DNA of 64,000 nucleotides, from the NCBI GenBank assembly GCA_050298595.1, contig JBNKUM010000085.1, positions 226,035-290,034 on the forward strand, read 5' to 3'. The DNA is from Gammaproteobacteria bacterium (GTDB taxonomy: Bacteria > Pseudomonadota > Gammaproteobacteria > GCA-001735895). Made by a program: the position numbers and the translations under genes. Shown here piece by piece: positions 58,576 through 64,000 of this stretch (position 1 is its first letter; each line of letters opens with the position of its first letter). Below the pieces are notes generated by a model. The model did not search any database, had not been told where the DNA came from, and saw only the letters and a program-made list of their open reading frames with translations.

Positions 58576-60240
58576 ATGCCCATTCAGTTAGTTATTAATC
58601 CAATTCTAGGATTGATGATTTTTATTGTCCTTTATGAAATAAAGCCCCTGTCTTTATTAATAACCTGGTATAGCTTTTATTTACTAATATTCATTGAACG
58701 GGGATTTATTTGGCACAAATATAAAAAAAGTAATAAAGCAGAGGGCTCATATAAATTATGGGGGAATCATTTTATCTGGAATGTAACTGCTTTCGCTATA
58801 TCCTGGGGAATATTTTTCAATCTATTTTTTGAACCCACTCAGGTCCAATATAATTCATTTTTAATCGTTGTTGTCGCTGGTTTTACGGCAGGTGCTTTTG
58901 CTTTTTACTCGGCCTATTATAAGGCTTTTTTTTATTCTACTATTTTAGCGCTCTTCCCAATGATTATTCGGTTAATAATAGAAGGCGGGAAATTTAATAT
59001 TATGCTTAGCTTGATGTGCTTGCTATACATCATGATTTTACTTTTGCATGCTAAAAAAGCGCATAAAAATTATCAGTTGGCGATGATATCAAATTTCAAA
59101 TATCAAGATATAAATATTGAACTTAAAAAACAAAAAAACAAAGTACTTGAAGCCTATGAAGCAAAATCTCGATTCATATCAACAGCAAGTCACGATGTCA
59201 GGCAACCTTTACACGCTTTACAATTATTTAGCCAGGCATTGAAACGTCAAAATAATAATCGTGATTTAGATTCGATAGTTAACAATATTTCAGTTACCAC
59301 TCGATCTTTAAGTGACTTTTTTAACCAGCTTCTTGATTTCTCGAGAATCGAAACAAAATCTATTGAACCAGACTATAAGGTTTTTCCAATATCAGAAATC
59401 ATAGAAAGACTATTTATAGAATATGAAATGAAAGCAATTACTAAAGGATTGGAGTTACATATAGTCACTTCAACCGCAATTGTAGATTCAGACCCCCATT
59501 TTCTGGAAAGAATAATTCGCAATTTATTATCCAATGCGATTCGATATACTGATAAAGGTAAGATTTTAATTGGCTGCAGGAGGACGAAAAGAACGATAAT
59601 TATCGAGGTGCATGATACCGGCATAGGTATTTCACTTAAAGAACAGAAAAAAATATTTGATGATTTTTACCAGGTCAAAAACCAGCATAAAAAACTGGGC
59701 CGTGGTGTAGGCCTAGGTTTATCGATAGCGTTTGGTTTAGCAAAATTATTAAATACTGAATTAAAGGTACGATCCAGGCCTGGAGCTGGATGCTGCTTCT
59801 CAATAGAGATACCTATCATTAATAATAAAAATAATCCTGAAAACAGGGATATAGAAGATCTGACAGATAGCAGTCTTTTAAATTGTAAAATTGAATTTTA
59901 CTGCTCTAAGGAAATTGATAAATCATTATTGACTGCAGTCAAACTGTGGTGCCCGGATGGAATAGTCAGTGATGATCTATCACGGATTATTAATTACAAG
60001 TATGGGAAGAATCCGAAGTCTGATGTTATATTGATAGATGAAAATCTATTTACTGACAAGCTGACACAAATTGATTACTTATTTAGAACTCTTGAAAAGA
60101 CGAATTCATCAGCTCAGATCATTTTAATCACCGATAACTTATCTGAGTTTCAAGATTATATCGGGAAGTATCAACTAGATATTCGAGGGGTTCAGAAACC
60201 AGTTAAACCTGCAATGCTGAGGTTAATGATCGAAAAATAA
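58576..60240 (+). CDS. Membrane histidine kinase with degenerate C-terminal receiver
   Basis: ASHDVRQP, NLLSNAIRY, DTGIG and GVGLGL motifs; AT-rich. Confidence 0.9.
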   Translation: MPIQLVINPILGLMIFIVLYEIKPLSLLITWYSFYLLIFIERGFIWHKYKKSNKAEGSYKLWGNHFIWNVTAFAISWGIFFNLFFEPTQVQYNSFLIVVVAGFTAGAFAFYSAYYKAFFYSTILALFPMIIRLIIEGGKFNIMLSLMCLLYIMILLLHAKKAHKNYQLAMISNFKYQDINIELKKQKNKVLEAYEAKSRFISTASHDVRQPLHALQLFSQALKRQNNNRDLDSIVNNISVTTRSLSDFFNQLLDFSRIETKSIEPDYKVFPISEIIERLFIEYEMKAITKGLELHIVTSTAIVDSDPHFLERIIRNLLSNAIRYTDKGKILIGCRRTKRTIIIEVHDTGIGISLKEQKKIFDDFYQVKNQHKKLGRGVGLGLSIAFGLAKLLNTELKVRSRPGAGCCFSIEIPIINNKNNPENRDIEDLTDSSLLNCKIEFYCSKEIDKSLLTAVKLWCPDGIVSDDLSRIINYKYGKNPKSDVILIDENLFTDKLTQIDYLFRTLEKTNSSAQIILITDNLSEFQDYIGKYQLDIRGVQKPVKPAMLRLMIEK

Positions 60241-60258
60241 AAAACTGGGAAAATTGAA

Positions 60259-60903
60259 TTATTCTAAGAGGCCGTTTTTTCTAGCCTTCGCGGCAGCCTC
60301 GGTTCGGTTGCCGACACCTAGCGCCTTAAATATCGCGGTGATATGGACTCGTACAGTGCTTTCAGTGCAGCCCAGGTACTCAGCAATCATTTTATTGGGT
60401 TTACCCTGGCCAACCAGTAATAAGACCTGTTGCTGTCTTGGAGTTAAAGAAACATCGACAGGGTTAACTTGATTTAGATTCTTCTGCGTTTTAATGCCGG
60501 AAATGAGCGCAGGAGGTATATATTTCCCACCAGATAAAACCAGTTTAATGGCATTAATCATGATTTCTTCGTCTTCAGATTTATGAATAAATCCACAAGC
60601 GCCGTTTTCCATCGCATGAAATATATCAGAAGAATTATCACTAGCAGAAACTATGATCACAGGAACTAAGGATAGCGATTGCTTAATATACTGAAGAATT
60701 AGAAAACCATTCTTATCGGGCAAATTTATATCCAGTAGCACCAAATCCAAATCACTTTGGCTGGATAAAATATTCATCGCGTCAGAATAAGATTCTGCTT
60801 CATAGATGATGATTTTTTTACTCAGGTTTTGTAATGCTAACTTTGTTCCCGCTCTAACGAGACTATGATCATCAACAATAAGTATCCTTAATACACCATC
60901 CAT
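60259..60903 (-). CDS. NarL/LuxR-family response regulator
   Basis: IVDDH and LLDINLP receiver motifs; LTPRQQQVL HTH. Confidence 0.92.
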   Translation of the reverse strand: MDGVLRILIVDDHSLVRAGTKLALQNLSKKIIIYEAESYSDAMNILSSQSDLDLVLLDINLPDKNGFLILQYIKQSLSLVPVIIVSASDNSSDIFHAMENGACGFIHKSEDEEIMINAIKLVLSGGKYIPPALISGIKTQKNLNQVNPVDVSLTPRQQQVLLLVGQGKPNKMIAEYLGCTESTVRVHITAIFKALGVGNRTEAAAKARKNGLLE

Positions 60904-61632
60904 TTTTTTGACCTATAACTACATTAGCTATTATTGTAATACAGATTAAAAATGAATAGCTATGGTTTTCTTTGGGACATAGTTTAGAAAACTATGAGTG
61001 TCGTACGCTAAAAAGCTTATATGCCTTTCTTATCTACGCTATTTTACTAATTGTAAGGCGCCCGCCTATCATCTACATTCATATTGTAAATATTTTACTT
61101 CTCAGGATGATTTTGTTCAGAAGCCTTATTACTTGATAAATGTTGGAATATTTGTGCTTTTTTATGTTCGGTTTCCAATAATTTAATAAATGGCCTTTTA
61201 TTAAAAATTTTTTATCCTCTCGAAGTATGGAACTGAATGTTTTCCGATGATGGGATCAGGATTTTCTTTTGTGGTAGAAAAGGTAACCGGACTAAAAGCT
61301 TCGATCAATCGCTGTATCAACGGCATACTTAAAGAAATTATTTCTCTTTTGGCTTTATTTCCTGTTACTCAGTTAGCTACAGAAATTTTTTTCCGTGTTC
61401 TTCTCAGGATTGATTCATTAAATCCTGTAGTTGATTACAATCTTTCTGTAACGGACTACTCCTTCTTAAAATTATTTGAGAATGATAAATAAAGTGAAAA
61501 AAATAAAATTTATAATGATATTACTTATTGCAGGGATGCTGATAAAGGGAATCTGGATTGTAAAAACAATTGCACAAATGATTTTAGAATGAGAAATAAA
61601 ATGAAGAAATATTTATTAGTAAACAATATTAT

Positions 61633-61669
61633 TCAATGTATGAATAAATACAGCTTATTCATACATTGA
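61633..61669. repeat. Perfect 15-bp inverted repeat with 7-nt loop
   Basis: tcaatgtatgaataa-atacagc-ttattcatacattga. Confidence 0.85.
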
Positions 61670-61990
61670 TGTAAACGATGTGACAGCAACCCTTAATGTT
61701 AGCGATATTAATAAATCAGAATTTGACGCTTACCAAACTTGTAAAAACATCAGCATGCAATATTTAATCAACATCTTGAAAGACAAACATTGAGCGAAGG
61801 TATTGAACAGAATTTCGATGAGAGCACTCGGCTGACTACTGAAGCTGAACTTGCTGAGTTCAAATATCAGATGGACTTTATTCGGTATTTCTAAAACACC
61901 TTAAAGAAACTATAACTGATCAAAACATTCACTACTATTATGCAACAAATAGTAATCAATACTCTGTTATAAACACAAAAGAGAAAACCG

Positions 61991-62350
61991 ATGAGTAAAA
62001 ATTTTCTGGAGATCCAAAAAAGGCCAGCACCATCCCATTACGCGACTGGAAAAGTCGATTTATCTCAAACCTCGAATCCTCCAGACCTTAAGAACAAAGA
62101 TGATTTTTTCGAGAGGGTCGTAATACCACCAAAAACGTCAATGAGTTACCATAAGCATGGTCAAGATGAAGAGATGTACATAATCCTGGAAGGTACGGGA
62201 ACTGTTACAATAGAAGGAAAAGAACATGTGGTAAAAAAAGGTGACCTGATCAAAAATCCACCATATAGCTCCTATGATCTTGTTAATGATTCAGATGTTG
62301 ATCTGGAATTAATGATACTTAACTTGAGAATCGAGAATTCAAGTTTATAG
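61991..62350 (+). CDS. Cupin domain protein
   Basis: YHKH..DEEMYIILEG.G motif. Confidence 0.85.
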   Translation: MSKNFLEIQKRPAPSHYATGKVDLSQTSNPPDLKNKDDFFERVVIPPKTSMSYHKHGQDEEMYIILEGTGTVTIEGKEHVVKKGDLIKNPPYSSYDLVNDSDVDLELMILNLRIENSSL

Positions 62351-62751
62351 CAAAATCATTAAGCCTGACTGCAAACGCCCGCATGGCAGACAAGAACAAT
62401 ATTTATAGCAAAATTACAACTTAATTGAAATTCTGTACGGCAGCCTCTTATGGCTTACAATACAAAAGTTCAGGTTTCACATGCTCTATTTCTTTTAAAC
62501 TGGAAATGACTAAAGCCTAACGCAAGGCAAATTTATCGATGGCTACCGAAGCCTGATCCAACCTGAAAGATATAGAGGATTTTTCAAAACCTGTTTTGGG
62601 TATCATCTGGTCAAGATTATTGAAGAACCTCAAGCTGTTTTTCACAGCTTAAGTGGCCGCGAAATAATATTACCTGTCATTTTTCTATTGCTCTTGATTA
62701 AACCGCCATTCATGGTATTTTTCACACCTTTCTATCTCAGGACACAATCAA

Positions 62752-63327
62752 ATGCCAAAAGCCAGTGAAATCAAGAAAAACGCTGCGATCGACTATAACG
62801 GTAGAGTCTTTATTGTGAAAGATATCGAGCGCTCTGTACCGCAGGGTCGGGCTGGCGGCAGCCTGTATCGTATGCGCATGTATGATCTTGTCACCGGCGC
62901 TAAGGTTGACGAGACCTTTAAAGACTCAGATATGCTGAACCTCGCTGACCTGAGCAAACGCCCGGTAAAGTTTTCCTACATTGATGGCGACGAGTATGTC
63001 TTTATGGATAATGAAGACTACACCCTGTACAACATCAATAAAGAGTCTATTACCGAAGAAATTCTGTTTATCGATGAGAGCACTGAAGGCATGCAGGTCA
63101 TCATTGTTGAAGATAACCCTGTGGCACTGGATATGCCTTCGACTGTTGATCTGGTGATCACTGAAACCGACCCTTCACTAAAAGGTGGCTCGGCTACGGC
63201 GAGAACCAAGCCGGCGATTCTGTCAACCGGCCTGACGGTTCAGGTACCTGAACATATATCTACCGGCGATAGAATCAAGATCAATATTGAAGAGCGTAAG
63301 TTTATGAGTCGGGCAGACTCAAAATAA
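62752..63327 (+). CDS. efpL: Elongation factor P-like protein EfpL (YeiP)
   Basis: [16 protein letters not shown] loop, SATARTKPA and VQVPE motifs. Confidence 0.88.
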   Translation: MPKASEIKKNAAIDYNGRVFIVKDIERSVPQGRAGGSLYRMRMYDLVTGAKVDETFKDSDMLNLADLSKRPVKFSYIDGDEYVFMDNEDYTLYNINKESITEEILFIDESTEGMQVIIVEDNPVALDMPSTVDLVITETDPSLKGGSATARTKPAILSTGLTVQVPEHISTGDRIKINIEERKFMSRADSK

Positions 63328-63391
63328 ACGCACTACTCTACTGAGTTTGCACTGGATGCAACATTCCAGGCAAACTCCAGTCCTCTCAATA

Positions 63392-64000
63392 TCAAACCAG
63401 CGTAGTTCGAGACTTCATAGCATCAGTCATTTCTGAATGACCATGCTGATCGACTATCATCGCATACTCTATGCCCATTGATTGCGCAGTCTCTCTCCAG
63501 TTGTTTAGGCCATTGACGACCAGAGCCGTTGCAGATGCATCGGCTATAGCTCCATTTTTATGAATAACGCTGGCTGAGGCAACTTCTGTTACTGGCCTGC
63601 CGGTTTGCGGGTGGATGATATGAGTATAGCGAACGCCATCTTTTTCATGAAAGCGCTCGTAGTTACCTGAGGTAAAAACCGCTTCGCGATCCTCCGTTTC
63701 TACCCAGGCTATCTCTCCCTGTTGTTGTGGATGTCGTATGCCGATATGCCATGGCCTGGACCCCTGGCTGCCCAACGTCACCAAATCGCCCCCGGCATTG
63801 ATCAGCGCATTTTCGATACCCGTTGACTGCAACACATCCAGACCCAGTTCGAGTGCATAGCCCTTGGCATAACCACCCAGGTCGAGCTGTACAGAAGGGT
63901 TGCTACTAGATAATATTCCATCTGTCAGCAGCAGATCATCAGCCGTGGGATGCTGCGCCAACCAGGCTGTTATCGCCTGCTGTGCTGGTGGAGCCCAATT
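63392..64000 (-). CDS. apbE: FAD:protein FMN transferase, C-terminal part (starts beyond the window)
   Basis: DLGGYAKG, NAGGD, TSGNYER, HIIHP.TG and ADASATA motifs. Confidence 0.9.
   Translation of the reverse strand, partial: NWAPPAQQAITAWLAQHPTADDLLLTDGILSSSNPSVQLDLGGYAKGYALELGLDVLQSTGIENALINAGGDLVTLGSQGSRPWHIGIRHPQQQGEIAWVETEDREAVFTSGNYERFHEKDGVRYTHIIHPQTGRPVTEVASASVIHKNGAIADASATALVVNGLNNWRETAQSMGIEYAMIVDQHGHSEMTDAMKSRTTLV

Noticed and set aside
61247-61492. 81-aa plus-strand ORF
   Set aside because: No recognisable family or RBS in AT-rich DNA; it cannot be supported.

Overview
Chromosomal window from a gammaproteobacterium. The nif accessory genes plus rhodanese, YeeE and CysB content suggest a nitrogen-fixing, probably sulfur-oxidizing organism (inference). 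1-20.3 kb: mostly housekeeping, redox and c-di-GMP genes (partial MerB-like, glutaredoxin, GT2, SDRs, cysB, GGDEF-EAL, msrA, xthA, radical SAM, M14 peptidase, OprC-type TonB receptor). 20.3-28.3 kb: an accessory island with an integrase-less integron cassette array (two well-formed attC sites, one degenerate). The array is interrupted by a GC-rich GH5-CBM64-expansin cellulase and a decayed HUH (Y1) transposase. Two related 170-177 bp MITEs are present, one inserted exactly at the GTT core of an attC. 31.3-34.6 kb: the strongest novelty candidate, a five-gene operon: YeeE, YeeE, a secreted peptide made of six RGENPCAP repeats, a His-rich DUF6969-like protein and a periplasmic sulfurtransferase. 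40-55.6 kb: an Azotobacter-type nif accessory cluster (iscA-nifU-nifS // nifV-cysE-orf-nifW-nifZ-nifM-clpX) split by about 7.3 kb of unrelated genes, each half with its own NifA UAS and sigma-54 promoter. The window ends with a transporter pair, an AT-rich two-component island, a cupin, efpL and a partial apbE. No rRNA, tRNA or CRISPR was seen. All family assignments come from motif recognition by eye, not database searches.
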